A DNA stretch of 54,023 nt, taken from contig CAYJOF010000002.1 in assembly GCA_964371765.1 (NCBI GenBank), positions 1 through 54,023 on the forward strand. The letters run 5' to 3'. The DNA comes from an uncultured Rikenellaceae bacterium (GTDB lineage Bacteria; Bacteroidota; Bacteroidia; Bacteroidales; Rikenellaceae). Shown one piece after another: positions 54,001 through 54,023 of this stretch; position 1 is the first letter of the stretch; the number at the start of each line of letters is the position of its first letter. Position numbers and translations under genes: made by a program. The notes beneath the pieces were generated by a model. It saw only the letters and a program-made list of their open reading frames with translations, was not told the origin of the DNA and searched no databases.

Positions 54001-54023
54001 CTTGAGATTGCGATTCAAGCCCG

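Noticed and set aside
1-54023. CRISPR arrays, rRNA genes, intact IS elements, prophage or integrative-element genes, toxin-antitoxin pairs.
   Set aside because: I found no regularly spaced 25-40-nt repeats. The only direct repeats are those listed: the 66-nt pair, the 15-nt pair and the in-CDS 15-nt tandem. There are no rRNA-like stretches. The only transposase signal is a fragment of about 50 codons.

Overview
This is a 54-kb chromosomal segment that looks like a Bacteroidota (Bacteroidales-type) genome. The evidence is that many genes and tRNAs are preceded by the Bacteroidetes -7 promoter box TAnnTTTG, Shine-Dalgarno sites are absent, and the gene families are typical of the phylum (DUF4290, BACON/LRR lipoprotein, C10 streptopain-like protease, the rpsU-xerC-hpf arrangement). 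I call about 50 protein-coding genes, 3 tRNAs (Gly-GCC, Leu-UAA, Met-CAU), one tRNA-Gly fragment, one transposase remnant, and a set of promoters and intrinsic terminators. Most of the content is housekeeping:
- translation: rpsU, hpf, rbfA, prfB, pheT, rpmI, rplT
- metabolism: panCD, glsA, gcvP, the galM/transporter/galK cluster, a phosphoglucomutase
- envelope: murA, rfbC, a LolE-like permease, outer-membrane beta-barrels
- repair: uvrB, radC

I found no CRISPR array, intact IS, prophage, integrase-bearing island, recognisable defence system, toxin-antitoxin pair or biosynthetic cluster. The least core-like stretch is about 30.3-35.1 kb. It holds an IS-transposase remnant, a C10 cysteine protease with a tightly linked unknown lipoprotein, radC, tRNA-Met and a small secreted protein.

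The items most worth a second look are:
1. A tandem pair of near-identical 66-nt elements in the convergent prfB/TPR intergenic region (23.25-23.51 kb). They could be two small-RNA paralogues or two mini-ORFs.
2. A long structured region downstream of rplT, the usual location of the Bacteroidales-1 RNA motif.
3. An orphan sigma-54 activator with no DNA-binding domain and a degenerate receiver.
4. The C10 protease and lipoprotein pair next to the IS remnant.
5. A dispersed family of terminator hairpins sharing a GGCTGTC core.

All calls come from reading the sequence and the ORF track by eye. No searches or statistics were run. I do not see a clearly novel multi-gene system.
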